Below the pieces are notes generated by a model that ran no database searches, had not been told where the DNA came from, and saw only the letters and a program-made list of their open reading frames with translations. Made by a program: the position numbers and the translations under genes. Of a stretch of DNA of 64,000 bases, positions 17,977 through 27,713 are shown one piece after another. This DNA is from an uncultured Haloferula sp. GTDB lineage: Bacteria > Verrucomicrobiota > Verrucomicrobiia > Verrucomicrobiales > Akkermansiaceae. The stretch's first letter is position 1; each line of letters opens with the position of its first letter. The stretch is taken from NCBI GenBank assembly GCA_965652295.1, contig CBFGTS010000009.1:96001-160000 (forward strand), written 5' to 3'.

Positions 17977-20244
17977 ATGCCCGCCGCCCGCGTCCTGATC
18001 GACGGCCCCTCCGAGCTCGTCTTCGACTACGCCATTCCTGACGGACTTCCCGTCCGGGCCGGCTGCCGCGTCCGTGTTCCCCTGCGCAACAAGACCTCCA
18101 CCGGCACCGTCCTCGCCGTCTCCGATACCGATCCCGCCGACCTTGGCTTCGCTTTGCGGCCGCTCCATTCCCTCACCGATCCCGAACCGCTCCTCACGCC
18201 GAAGCTCCTCGAACTCGCCCGCTGGATCGCCGACTACTACGCATGCAGTATCGAGAGCGTCGTCCGCGTCCTCCTTCCCGAAGCCGTCCGCACCGAGGAC
18301 AACTCCGCCAAGACCCGCAAGGCCGTCGTCCTCGCCCAGTCGCCCGACGAGGAAACCCTCGCCCAGCTCGCCAAGCGCGCGCCCAAGCAACACACCATTC
18401 TCTCCCTGCTGGTTCACACCCCGGGGAACCACCTCCTGCTGACCGACCTCGGTGCCACCGCCGCGGCCAGCGTCAAAGCCCTTGCGACAAAAGGCCTCGT
18501 CCGTCTGATCGACCAGGAAATCCGCCGTGACCCCGAAGCCGACGGCATCGAGGAAATCCTTCCCACCATCGATCTCCCGCTTTCTGAAGAACAACAAGCC
18601 GCCCTCGACGCCATTCTCGCCAACGTGGAGTGCACGGTGCGGAACGCGGAACAGGATCCCGGCTCCACGCTCCGCACTCCGCGCTCACCGCTTCTGCTCC
18701 ACGGCGTCACCGGCTCCGGTAAAACCGAAGTCTACCTCCAGGCCGCCCGCGCCACCCTCCAGGCCGGGAAAACCGTCCTCGTCCTCGTCCCCGAAATCTC
18801 TCTCACCCCCCAGACCGTCCGTCGTTTCCGCGCCCGCTTCGCCGACGTCCAGGAGCAGGTGGCCGTGCTTCATTCGAACCTGAGTCAAGGCGAGCGCTTC
18901 GACGAGTGGCACCGCATCCGCAAGGGCAAGGCCCGCATCGTCATCGGTGCCCGCTCCGCCGTCTTTGCACCGCTACCCGACCTCGGGCTCATCCTCATCG
19001 ATGAGGAACACGAGAACACCTACAAGCAGGACCAGATCCCCCGCTACCACGGCCGCGATGTCGCCGTGCTCCGCGGCCACCTCGAAGGGGCCACCGTCGT
19101 GCTCGGCACCGCCACCCCTTCGCTCGAATCCTGGCAAAACGCCCTCGACGGCAAATACCAGCTCCTCCGTCTAACCCACCGCGTCGACAGCCAGTCGCTC
19201 CCCCTCATCCGCGTCGTCGACATGCGGCTGGAGTCGAAAAAGCAAAAGTCCAAGGACACCTTCCTTTCCGACCGCCTCCGCAACGCCATCCAGAACCGCC
19301 TCGAAAAGAACGAGCAGACCATTCTCTTCCTCAACCGCCGCGGCTTCGCCCGCTCGCTCCAGTGCCCCGCCTGCGGCCACGTCTGCCAGTGCCCCCACTG
19401 CGCCCTCGCCCTCACCTACCATCGCACCGACGACCGCCTGATCTGCCATATCTGCGGCCATCAGGCCGTGGTTCCGCGGAAATGCCCCGAGTGCAAGGAC
19501 CCTGCCATCATCCTCCAGGGCTTCGGCACCCAGAAGGTCGAAGACGTTTTCCGCAAAGTCTTCCCCACCGCCCGCATCGCCCGCATCGATGCCGACGCCC
19601 TGCGGAAAAAGAACGCCCTGCGCGACCTGCTCAACGCCTTCCGCGCCCGTAAGATCGACTTGCTCATCGGTACCCAGATGATCGCCAAAGGCCTCCATTT
19701 CCCCAACGTCACCCTGGTAGGCATCCTGAATGCCGACATCGGCCTCCACGTCCCCGATTTCCGCGCCGGCGAGCGCGTCTTCCAGCTCCTCACCCAGGTC
19801 GCCGGTCGTGCCGGCCGTGGCGCGTTGGAGGGGGAGGTGATTGTCCAGACCTTCACCCCCCACTCGCCGAGCATCCAGTTCGCCCGACACCACGATTTCG
19901 ATGGCTTCGCCGAGCAGGAGCTCGAAATGCGCCGCCAGTTCGGCTACCCGCCCTTCACCCGCTGCGCCGTCCTTACCAGCCGCTCCACCCACGAGCGCCG
20001 CGCCGAGTTCACCCTTCAGACGCTTCACCGGCGGTTAAAGGAGGACCTCCCCCAGGGCATCGAGCTCGGCGAGCCCCTCCCCAGCCCGCTGGTGAAGGCA
20101 CACGGTCAATACCGCTTCCAACTCATCCTGCGCGGGCCGAAGGCCCGTCCGCTGACAAAGCACGTGCAGCAGGTCCTCGCCAGAACCACCCTCCCGGAGG
20201 ACGTGACGGTCGTCTTTGATATGGACGCTCTCTCCTTCAGCTGA
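17977..20244 (+). CDS. priA: Primosomal protein N' (PriA helicase)
   Basis: [32 protein letters not shown], four CxxC pairs, GTQMIAKG, QVAGRAGR. Confidence 0.97.
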   Translation: MPAARVLIDGPSELVFDYAIPDGLPVRAGCRVRVPLRNKTSTGTVLAVSDTDPADLGFALRPLHSLTDPEPLLTPKLLELARWIADYYACSIESVVRVLLPEAVRTEDNSAKTRKAVVLAQSPDEETLAQLAKRAPKQHTILSLLVHTPGNHLLLTDLGATAAASVKALATKGLVRLIDQEIRRDPEADGIEEILPTIDLPLSEEQQAALDAILANVECTVRNAEQDPGSTLRTPRSPLLLHGVTGSGKTEVYLQAARATLQAGKTVLVLVPEISLTPQTVRRFRARFADVQEQVAVLHSNLSQGERFDEWHRIRKGKARIVIGARSAVFAPLPDLGLILIDEEHENTYKQDQIPRYHGRDVAVLRGHLEGATVVLGTATPSLESWQNALDGKYQLLRLTHRVDSQSLPLIRVVDMRLESKKQKSKDTFLSDRLRNAIQNRLEKNEQTILFLNRRGFARSLQCPACGHVCQCPHCALALTYHRTDDRLICHICGHQAVVPRKCPECKDPAIILQGFGTQKVEDVFRKVFPTARIARIDADALRKKNALRDLLNAFRARKIDLLIGTQMIAKGLHFPNVTLVGILNADIGLHVPDFRAGERVFQLLTQVAGRAGRGALEGEVIVQTFTPHSPSIQFARHHDFDGFAEQELEMRRQFGYPPFTRCAVLTSRSTHERRAEFTLQTLHRRLKEDLPQGIELGEPLPSPLVKAHGQYRFQLILRGPKARPLTKHVQQVLARTTLPEDVTVVFDMDALSFS

Positions 20245-20281
20245 CCCGGCTCTTCCGCCCGCTGTGGAGAGCTCTTTTCCC

Positions 20282-20319
20282 ATAGGTCCTATAGGACCTA
20301 TCCCCCGGCAGCCTGCCTC
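20282..20319. repeat. ATAGGTCC/GGACCTAT palindromic repeat, copy 2
   Basis: Perfect palindrome ataggtcctataggacctat followed by cccccggcagcctgcctc. Confidence 0.75.
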
Positions 20320-20333
20320 CCCAGGTCCCGCGG

Positions 20334-21023
20334 TCACTTTCTGCGCGCAAGGTAGATGCAGTGCCGCGGCTTCTTGGATTTTTCGTGAGGCTTGGCGGGC
20401 ACCGCTTCGACCCGGAAACCCGCACGCAAAAGCTTTTTCTCAAACTCCGGCGTCGGATGGGCCATCCAATAGGCCGCACAGCCGTCCGGCTTGAGAGCCT
20501 CACGGACCTTGGCGAAGAACGACGGCGTGTAGAGCCGCGAGTTGCCCTCGGTGATCAGCATGTCGGGGCCGTCGTCGATGTCGACCAGCAGAGCATCGAT
20601 ACTACTTTTCCCGTACTTCGCCAGGCATTCGAAAAGATCGCCCTGATGCACGCGGGTTCGTTCGTCGTCGAGGATCGGTCCGTTGTGTTCGGAAAGAAAC
20701 GTGCGGTTCCATTCGATGATCTCCGGCATCAACTCCGCCACCTCGGCGGTCGCCGGGCTTCCCACCACTTCCAGCGCGCGCTTCAGGGTGAATCCCATCC
20801 CGAGCCCGCCGATCAACACCCGCGGATGCGCCGGACGGCCCGGCTTGCCGGCCGCGATCGCCGCGCAACCAAGTTCGGCAAGCAACTCCTCCGAATAGGT
20901 CATCCGCGTGCTCATCAGCTCACGACCGTCGTTCTTGAGGTAGAACTTCCCGTCGTGCTGGTGCAGGGAAAACACGGTGCCATCGGCCAGCCGGGCCTCG
21001 GCGAGTTGGATGTACGGCTTCAC
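20334..21023 (-). CDS. Spermidine-synthase-like SAM-dependent methyltransferase
   Basis: VLIGGLGMGFTL, VAEL, LVDIDDGP. Probable GTG start at VKPYIQL. Confidence 0.75.
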   Translation of the reverse strand: MKPYIQLAEARLADGTVFSLHQHDGKFYLKNDGRELMSTRMTYSEELLAELGCAAIAAGKPGRPAHPRVLIGGLGMGFTLKRALEVVGSPATAEVAELMPEIIEWNRTFLSEHNGPILDDERTRVHQGDLFECLAKYGKSSIDALLVDIDDGPDMLITEGNSRLYTPSFFAKVREALKPDGCAAYWMAHPTPEFEKKLLRAGFRVEAVPAKPHEKSKKPRHCIYLARRK

Positions 21024-21114
21024 TCCCGCGACCATTCCCGGATTCACCCCGTGGGCAAGGACAGAGGCAAGGCAGCGGACCGCGGCCCGGATCGCCTCCT
21101 GCCCGCCAACCACG

Positions 21115-21146
21115 AAAGAGCCGGAGCCCCGCAGAGGAACTCCGGC
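21115..21146 (-). terminator. Putative terminator after the TonB-dependent receptor
   Basis: gccggag...ctccggc stem followed by TCTTT on the minus strand. Confidence 0.55.
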
Positions 21147-21171
21147 CCTTCAGATACGTGTCGAAAGCCGC

Positions 21172-23418
21172 TTAGAAGGTCGCCTCCACCCCCGCGAACC
21201 AGGTCCGCGGCAAGTTCGTCCGCGGGCCTTCCGGCAGACGGGTCACCACCGCCCGTTCGTCGAACAGATTGTGCAGGCCACCCACCAGCTTGACGTGGTC
21301 GTTGATCTTGTAGTCCCCGGTCAAGTCCACCGTCAGCACGGCATCGATCTTGCCCTGGCGTGCCGTGGTCACCGGCACCGGAGAATTCAACGCCGTGCCA
21401 TAGGTGTGGCTGAGGAACAGGGCGTCGAGGTTCACTCCCCAGCGCTCGGCCTCAAAGCCGATCCCCGCCGCCAGCTTCCATTCCGGCACGTAGGGAATGT
21501 CCGCCCCCGGTTGACCGCCAGCGTAGATATCATCCGCGCCACCGGTCGTCAGCGCCTGCTTCAACTCCGCGCTCGTCCAGGTGGCGCTGACATACATCGG
21601 TAAGCCATAAGCCCAGCCGCGGTCCACCGCCGGATCGTAGGCGATCAGGCTTTCCACGCCCCATGTTTCGGCCTTGCCCGCGTTCTGATTCACCCCGCCC
21701 GCGAGGCCCGCATCGACGCCGATCAGGTTCTCGAAGTCGGTGAAGAAGGCCGCGGTGTCGAGTGTCAGCCCGCCGTTGCGGTACCGCCAGCCCAGCTCAT
21801 AGCCGAGGCTTTCCTCGATATCGACACCGCCCATGAACGAGCTCGGGCCCGGCAGAGAGACTCCGCGGTAGATGCCACCATACATCGAGTGACAGTCATT
21901 GAACTCGTAGTTGGCACCGATCCCGCCAGCCCACACGTCGAGATCATCGGACATCTTCAGGCCACCGCCGTTGAAGTTGGTAGCGGCCAGCTCCACGTGC
22001 TCATAGCGCACGCCCGGACGCAGCGTGAGTTGGCCGATCTTGACCACATCCTCGACGAAGAGTGAGGTGGCGAAGGCTTCCTCAAGCGCGTTGCTCTCGT
22101 CGCCCGGAGTACCGCGGCTGATCGAGGTGAACGTGCCGTCACCGTTGGCGTTGAAGACATCCACCCACTGTTCGCGGAATACCCGGTCGTAGTGAAGCCG
22201 CAACCCCGCCGTCAGCTCATGCTGCACCGCTCCGGTATCGAAAAGCCAGGTAGCCTGATTCTGCCAGCCGTAGGCATCGTAGTACCGCGCGTTGGCCTTG
22301 ACCCCGATCGATCCGGGTGCCGAGCCCTGCAACACCGCCAGCAGACCGGGGTTGAGCAGCGCCGCATTCAGACTGGTACGGCCCGAACCTCCCGAGATCC
22401 GTCCGCGTCCGTCGATCCCCGGATTCAGCGTCGTGGACACATGGTCGAGCTTGTACCAGTTGCGCTCGAATTGATTCCAATAAAGCGCCGACTCCAAGCT
22501 GAAAGAGTCGCTGGGCTCGACCAAGTATTTGAAATATGATCGCGTCTGCTCCGTGTCCATGTGGTCGAAGGCCGATGCCACATAGCGGGCGTCCGGGTTG
22601 AACCGCGCGTCCGCTTCGGACAGCCCCAGATAACCTTCGTCGGACTCGAAATCCGTATGGCCGATCTTGAACTCGAAACGCTGCCGCACCGGCCCGTCGA
22701 GTTCCCAGAACGCCTTGAACATGGGCTCCCACAACTGGAATCCGCTGTCGCGATCCAAGCCGCCCAGGTATTTCCGGTAGCCATCGGTCTGCTGGCCGTG
22801 GAACTCCAGCACATAGCCGAAGCGGCCGCCCTCGACCTCCACGGTGTCTCCGTACCAGGTGTGATTGGAGAAGGTCGAATCACTCCCTCCGGTCGTCCGT
22901 GAGTAGAAGTTCGAGTCCACCGGTACCTCGGTGGACAAGAAATTCAGCACCCCACCGGTGGTCTGAGGACCGTAACGCACCTGGCTCGAGCCCTTGAGCA
23001 CCTCCACTGCCGACATCCGCGCCACCTTCGGAAAATAGTAAGCCGCCGGTGCCGAGTACGGGGCTGGAGCGGTCAGGATGCCGTCCTCCATCACCGTGAC
23101 CTTCTCCGTCCGCGTGCCATCCGCACCGCGCATCGAGATATTCGGGAAATTGCCGTATCCATCCTCCTGGCGGACATACACACCCGGCACCTTCGCCAGC
23201 ACGCTGGCGATGTCCGTGTAGCCCCGCTCGCGGAATTCCTCAGCGTCCACGTAGGCCGCGGAACCTGCCAGGTTCCACACGTTTTCAACGCTGCCCACCA
23301 CCGTCAACGGTGCCAACGTGTCCAGCGGCTCCACCGCATCCTGCCCCACAGCCGACCCGGCCAGGGCCATCAGTCCGGCGCAGACCAGCAGCTCAATTCT
23401 TCGGTTGGTCATTTTCAT
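21172..23418 (-). CDS. TonB-dependent receptor (FecA-like iron uptake family)
   Basis: Signal peptide, plug (KVPGVYV, NISMRG, VEVLKG...YGP...GGVLNF), NLFD near the C-terminus, terminal Phe. Confidence 0.92.
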   Translation of the reverse strand: MKMTNRRIELLVCAGLMALAGSAVGQDAVEPLDTLAPLTVVGSVENVWNLAGSAAYVDAEEFRERGYTDIASVLAKVPGVYVRQEDGYGNFPNISMRGADGTRTEKVTVMEDGILTAPAPYSAPAAYYFPKVARMSAVEVLKGSSQVRYGPQTTGGVLNFLSTEVPVDSNFYSRTTGGSDSTFSNHTWYGDTVEVEGGRFGYVLEFHGQQTDGYRKYLGGLDRDSGFQLWEPMFKAFWELDGPVRQRFEFKIGHTDFESDEGYLGLSEADARFNPDARYVASAFDHMDTEQTRSYFKYLVEPSDSFSLESALYWNQFERNWYKLDHVSTTLNPGIDGRGRISGGSGRTSLNAALLNPGLLAVLQGSAPGSIGVKANARYYDAYGWQNQATWLFDTGAVQHELTAGLRLHYDRVFREQWVDVFNANGDGTFTSISRGTPGDESNALEEAFATSLFVEDVVKIGQLTLRPGVRYEHVELAATNFNGGGLKMSDDLDVWAGGIGANYEFNDCHSMYGGIYRGVSLPGPSSFMGGVDIEESLGYELGWRYRNGGLTLDTAAFFTDFENLIGVDAGLAGGVNQNAGKAETWGVESLIAYDPAVDRGWAYGLPMYVSATWTSAELKQALTTGGADDIYAGGQPGADIPYVPEWKLAAGIGFEAERWGVNLDALFLSHTYGTALNSPVPVTTARQGKIDAVLTVDLTGDYKINDHVKLVGGLHNLFDERAVVTRLPEGPRTNLPRTWFAGVEATF

Positions 23419-23445
23419 AGTTCTCGAAGATTTCGCGCGAACGAC

Positions 23446-23460
23446 TGAGACGCATTCGCA
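23446..23460. promoter_or_regulatory. Candidate Fur-like box upstream of the TonB-dependent receptor
   Basis: TGAGACG-C-ATTCGCA is an imperfect 7-1-7 palindrome (11/14 to TGAGAAT-N-ATTCTCA), about 28 bp before the start. Confidence 0.4.
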
Positions 23461-23610
23461 GCAACGGCGGCGGTGTGAGCCGATCCCACGCCGAGCGCAA
23501 TCCCGGACTCTGACATTCCACCCCCCCGGATGTGACGGAAAGCTACAAGCGCCCATGTCTGGCACAGCTGTGACGATTCCCAGTAGGGCCCACCTTCACT
23601 CACGGCCGGA

Positions 23611-25179
23611 CTACCCCGCCACGGCGTCGGCGACGCGCATACCGTCGAGGGCGGCGCTGACGATGCCCCCGGCGTAACCCGCGCCTTCTCCGCAGGGAAA
23701 AAGACCGGCGAGATCGGGATGCTGGAGCGTCGAAGAATCGCGCGGAATACGCACCGGCGAGCTGGTCCGGGTTTCAAAGCCGAGCAGCAGGCCCTGCCCC
23801 CCGGCGAATCCGCGGATGCGCCGGTCGAAGAGATTCAAGCCATCGCGCATGCGGCTGACAATGCCGCTTGGCAGGAGATCGTGCAGCGGAACGCTCCTCG
23901 CTCCCGGGAAGTAGCTCATCTCCGGGAGATCGGCGGACAGCTTCCCGGCGAGGAAATCGGAGACGCGCTGACCCGGCGCGACCTGCCCGCCCCCTCCGGC
24001 ATTCTTGGCGACCCGCTCCAGCTCCTTCTGGTAGGCGATCCCCGCCAGCACGCCGTGCTCCTTTTCAAAGCGGGCGACATCCTCAGGCTCGACGGTGACG
24101 ACGAACCCGGAGTTCGCGAAGGGGGAGTCGCGGCGGGCGAGACTCATACCATTGACCACCACTTCGTCGTTTTCCGTGGCGGCGGGAACGATGAACCCGC
24201 CGGGACACATGCAGAAAGAATGGACGCCACGGCCGCGGATCTTGGTCGCCAGCGAGTAGCGGGCGGCAGGCAACAGGCGGGGCCGCTCGCCGTCCTTGCC
24301 GAGGTGATACTGGCAGCGGTCGATGAACGGCTGGGGGTGCTCGATCCGCACGCCGACCGCAAAAGGCTTCGGCTCCAGCAGGATTTTTTCCTCAGCCAGC
24401 AGCCGGTAGATGTCGCGCGCGCTGTGGCCGGTGGCCAGGATCACTCGATCCGCGACGACCTCCCCGCCATCGGCAAGGCTCACGCCACGGATCTTTCCTT
24501 CGCTCCGCAGCAGGCCCGCGACCTTGGCCCCGAAACGCACCTCGCCACCCGCCGCGCGGATCGACTCGCGCATCGCCATGACCACCTTCGGCAAAAGATT
24601 CGAGCCGATGTGCGGATGGGCATCGATCAGGATCCGCTCCGGTGCACCGTGGGCGACGAGGATCTCGTAGACCCGCCGGACCGGGCCACGCTTGGTGGCG
24701 CGGGTGTAGAGCTTGCCATCGGAAAACGTTCCCGCCCCGCCCTCGCCGAAGCAGTAGTTCGAGTCCTCGATCACCCGGCCCTCCCGCAGAATCGGCGCGA
24801 GGTCGAAACGGCGCGCGGAGGCGTCCTTGCCGCGCTCGAGAACGATCGGCTTCAGCCCGAGTTCCAAGCAGCGTAGTGCGGCGAACATGCCGGCCGGGCC
24901 GCAGCCGACGATCGCCACCGCCCGCGGATTCGCCGGCAGCGGCGGGCATTCCCACCTCGGTGCGATTTCCTCAGGCAGTGGCCCGTCCACGCCCACCTCC
25001 AACCGGAGCTGGACCTTCACCTCACGCTGGCGGGCATCGATAGAATGCTTCAGCAGCCGCACCTCCGAAACCCCAGGCAGGCCCAGTTTTTTCGCCGCCG
25101 CCTGATGCCATGCCGCGGCATCCTCGGATGCGGCGAGCGGCAGGACCACGTCGACCGTTTCAATCCTGACGTCGCTCAT
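23611..25179 (-). CDS. NAD(P)/FAD-dependent oxidoreductase (uncharacterised family)
   Basis: VGCGPAG, GEGGAGTFSDGKL, SFCMCPGG, GEGAGYAGGI. Confidence 0.88.
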   Translation of the reverse strand: MSDVRIETVDVVLPLAASEDAAAWHQAAAKKLGLPGVSEVRLLKHSIDARQREVKVQLRLEVGVDGPLPEEIAPRWECPPLPANPRAVAIVGCGPAGMFAALRCLELGLKPIVLERGKDASARRFDLAPILREGRVIEDSNYCFGEGGAGTFSDGKLYTRATKRGPVRRVYEILVAHGAPERILIDAHPHIGSNLLPKVVMAMRESIRAAGGEVRFGAKVAGLLRSEGKIRGVSLADGGEVVADRVILATGHSARDIYRLLAEEKILLEPKPFAVGVRIEHPQPFIDRCQYHLGKDGERPRLLPAARYSLATKIRGRGVHSFCMCPGGFIVPAATENDEVVVNGMSLARRDSPFANSGFVVTVEPEDVARFEKEHGVLAGIAYQKELERVAKNAGGGGQVAPGQRVSDFLAGKLSADLPEMSYFPGARSVPLHDLLPSGIVSRMRDGLNLFDRRIRGFAGGQGLLLGFETRTSSPVRIPRDSSTLQHPDLAGLFPCGEGAGYAGGIVSAALDGMRVADAVAG

Positions 25180-25180
25180 C

Positions 25181-25996
25181 TTACTGCGTGGGCGCCGTCG
25201 TTGGCGGTGCCTGCTTCTTCTCGGCGGCGTCCTTGATTTCCTCCCACTGGTTGCGGAGTTTCCTCAGTTCGCCGTTCTCCGAGGCCTCTTTGAAGGCCGC
25301 CATGCCGCCGGTCATCAACCCGAGCACGCCGATCGCCAGCGCCCCCAGGAAAAGCAGCCAGTAGAGCACCGCCAGCACCTTGCCCACGGTATCAAGCCGT
25401 TTTGTGTAAATGTAGCCCGGCGGACAGGCGAAGAGACGGTACTGGAGCCAGATATTCAGAAATGGCACGAAGAGAAATCCGAGCAGCCACCAGCCCGACA
25501 TGCCGAGGTTTTGAAAGCGTTTCACCGTGACCACCAGAATCACGATCACCGGGATCAGCATCAGTAGGGCGGCGAAAGACTCGTTCCCCTTGCCAAGCAG
25601 CGGGGAAACCTGAGGGACGGCGAGGGCGATGCCCGCGAACAAGGCCGCCGGCAGCACGGTGGTGCCGAGGAACCATCCTAGGCGCGTGGCACCCGGCAGA
25701 CGGAGTTTTTCCGCGCCGCGCTGGCTGAAATCGAAGTCACCGCTGTCGGAAAGCTTGTCCTCGCCTGGAATGCGCGGCTCGCCGGTCTCCTCCGCGAGCG
25801 GGGACGGCGAGTTCCGCTCGAAGACACCATCCACATCGCCGGCAGGCACCCAATCAGCCAGGTCGGCACTGAAGAGCATGTCCGTCCTCGGTTCCAGGCG
25901 TCCCGCCTTGGCGGCCTCGACCACCTCGGCAAACGTCACCGGTCCAAACTGGTGCCCCTCCCGGGAAACCCACCATTCGTCTTTCTGCTCCGCCAT
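25181..25996 (-). CDS. GYF_2 (DUF4339) plus DUF805-like membrane protein
   Basis: WWVSREGHQFGPV...L...W GYF_2 pattern, then VKRFQNLGMSGWW TM region. Confidence 0.75.
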   Translation of the reverse strand: MAEQKDEWWVSREGHQFGPVTFAEVVEAAKAGRLEPRTDMLFSADLADWVPAGDVDGVFERNSPSPLAEETGEPRIPGEDKLSDSGDFDFSQRGAEKLRLPGATRLGWFLGTTVLPAALFAGIALAVPQVSPLLGKGNESFAALLMLIPVIVILVVTVKRFQNLGMSGWWLLGFLFVPFLNIWLQYRLFACPPGYIYTKRLDTVGKVLAVLYWLLFLGALAIGVLGLMTGGMAAFKEASENGELRKLRNQWEEIKDAAEKKQAPPTTAPTQ

Positions 25997-26170
25997 CCCG
26001 TGCGCTTCTTATCGCTCGCCCGCCACCCGGTCAATCCCGCCGCTTCACTTTGGAGTGCTCCGGCATGACGGAGCTTTGAAGGTAGAGCCGAAAGTCGCCT
26101 GGCGAGCCGGGCCGGAGCCGGCATGTCGGCCATGAAAGTTCCGATCTGCTCGGAACACTCCGAACCGGAC

Positions 26171-26863
26171 CTACCCTACGTTCGTAGCAGCCAGCAAATC
26201 TTCCCACCCTGCCGGGTCCGTCAAATCATCCAACACCCTCCAGGCCCCAGCCAACTCGGACGCGGGAATATGACCGGTGGCCACCGCCAGGCAGCGGGCA
26301 TCGATCGCTCGGGCGCAGGCGATGTCTTTCGGCGTGTCGCCGACGATCACGATCTCATCGGCATCGAAAACCCGACCCGCATGCGCCGCGGCGCGTTCGA
26401 GGGCGACAGGTCCGAGGCGGTCGCGGTCGGCATGATCGCAGCCGTAGGCACCAAAAGTGAAAAACCGGTCGAGCCCGAAATGGCGCATCTTCACCCACGC
26501 GCCTTCCTTGATGTTCCCCGTGAGGAGTCCCACCACCGCATCGGGCTCGCGGGCAAGACGCCCGAGCATTTCCTCCACTCCGGGCAGCACCCGGCCGGGG
26601 TAATCGCCGCTGGATAAATGAAACTCCAGCCGCTCCAGATAAGCCTCGTAAAACCTGTTGGAGGCATCCGGACAAACCGCCCGCGCGAAGTGGCGGAACA
26701 TGCCGGCGAGGATGCCGCTATCGGTCGCGCCGCAGAGATTCAACTTGGGACCGCGATCGCCAAACACCCGCTCGGCGGCATCGCCGAGCGCGGTGAGGCC
26801 GGCACCGCCGGTATCGACCAGGGTGCCGTCAATATCGAACAACCACAGCGAGACGCGCGGCAT
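26171..26863 (-). CDS. HAD-superfamily hydrolase
   Basis: FDIDGTL, LLTGN, VGDTPKD. Confidence 0.9.
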   Translation of the reverse strand: MPRVSLWLFDIDGTLVDTGGAGLTALGDAAERVFGDRGPKLNLCGATDSGILAGMFRHFARAVCPDASNRFYEAYLERLEFHLSSGDYPGRVLPGVEEMLGRLAREPDAVVGLLTGNIKEGAWVKMRHFGLDRFFTFGAYGCDHADRDRLGPVALERAAAHAGRVFDADEIVIVGDTPKDIACARAIDARCLAVATGHIPASELAGAWRVLDDLTDPAGWEDLLAATNVG

Positions 26864-27582
26864 CAGGCGGACTTCCCGCTCTCTTCCGCTTCAGCTTCCT
26901 CCGCTTCCTCGATGTCATCCGCCTCGTCATCGTCCTCGGAAGTCACGACGACATCGTCGTCCTCTTCCTCGTCGTCATCGAAGTCGTCTTCGTCGATCAA
27001 CTCACCGTGGAAGAGCTGGAACCGGCGCTTGCGGTGATGTGGTGGCAGTGGCGAGAGGGTCATGCCGACCATCCGGCCCTGAAGGCGCGGCTCCTGATCC
27101 ACATTGGCCATCGTTTTGAGGTCGCCGATGATCCGCTGCATCTTCTCGAAGCCCAGCTCGCGGTGCGCATTCTCGCGGCCGCGGAACTGGAGCACCACTC
27201 GAACCTTGTGACCTTCGTCGAGGAAAGTCTCCAGGCGGTTCAGCTTGATGTTGTAGTCGTGCTGCTCGGTCCGGACGCGGAACTTCACCTCCTTCATTTT
27301 GGTGGCGCTCTGCGACTTCTTCTGAGTCTTTTTCAACTTGGCCTGCTCGTACTTGAACTTGCCGTAGTCAATGATCCGACACACCGGCGGGTCCGCCTTG
27401 GCGGCGATCTCGACGAGGTCGAGCCCGACCAGCTTCGCCTTCGCGAGGGCCTCCTGGGCGCTCATGATCCCGAGCTGTTGGCCGTCCGGCAGGACGACGC
27501 GCACGCGCGGGGCGCGAATCCGTTCGTTGACCCGCGTCATGTCGCGCGGTTCCCTTCTGAAGCGTTTCTTTGGCTTGGCTAT
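26863..27582 (-). CDS. infC: Translation initiation factor IF-3 (probable AUA start, first ATG at 27540)
   Basis: VNERIRAPRVRV, LDLVEIA, PPVCRIIDYGKFKYE, KEVKFR, FRGRE; follows thrS. Confidence 0.93.
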   Translation of the reverse strand: MAKPKKRFRREPRDMTRVNERIRAPRVRVVLPDGQQLGIMSAQEALAKAKLVGLDLVEIAAKADPPVCRIIDYGKFKYEQAKLKKTQKKSQSATKMKEVKFRVRTEQHDYNIKLNRLETFLDEGHKVRVVLQFRGRENAHRELGFEKMQRIIGDLKTMANVDQEPRLQGRMVGMTLSPLPPHHRKRRFQLFHGELIDEDDFDDDEEEDDDVVVTSEDDDEADDIEEAEEAEAEESGKSA

Positions 27583-27713
27583 GGTCTTGGTCGGTGCGGG
27601 TTCAGTGCGACGCGGAAATGGATGTCATGAAAGACATCGGGACCGCGAAGGTTGGTTCGGAACGATGGACGTGAGCTTCGATCATGCGGAGTCACGGGAG
27701 GTGGCGCCGGTCA

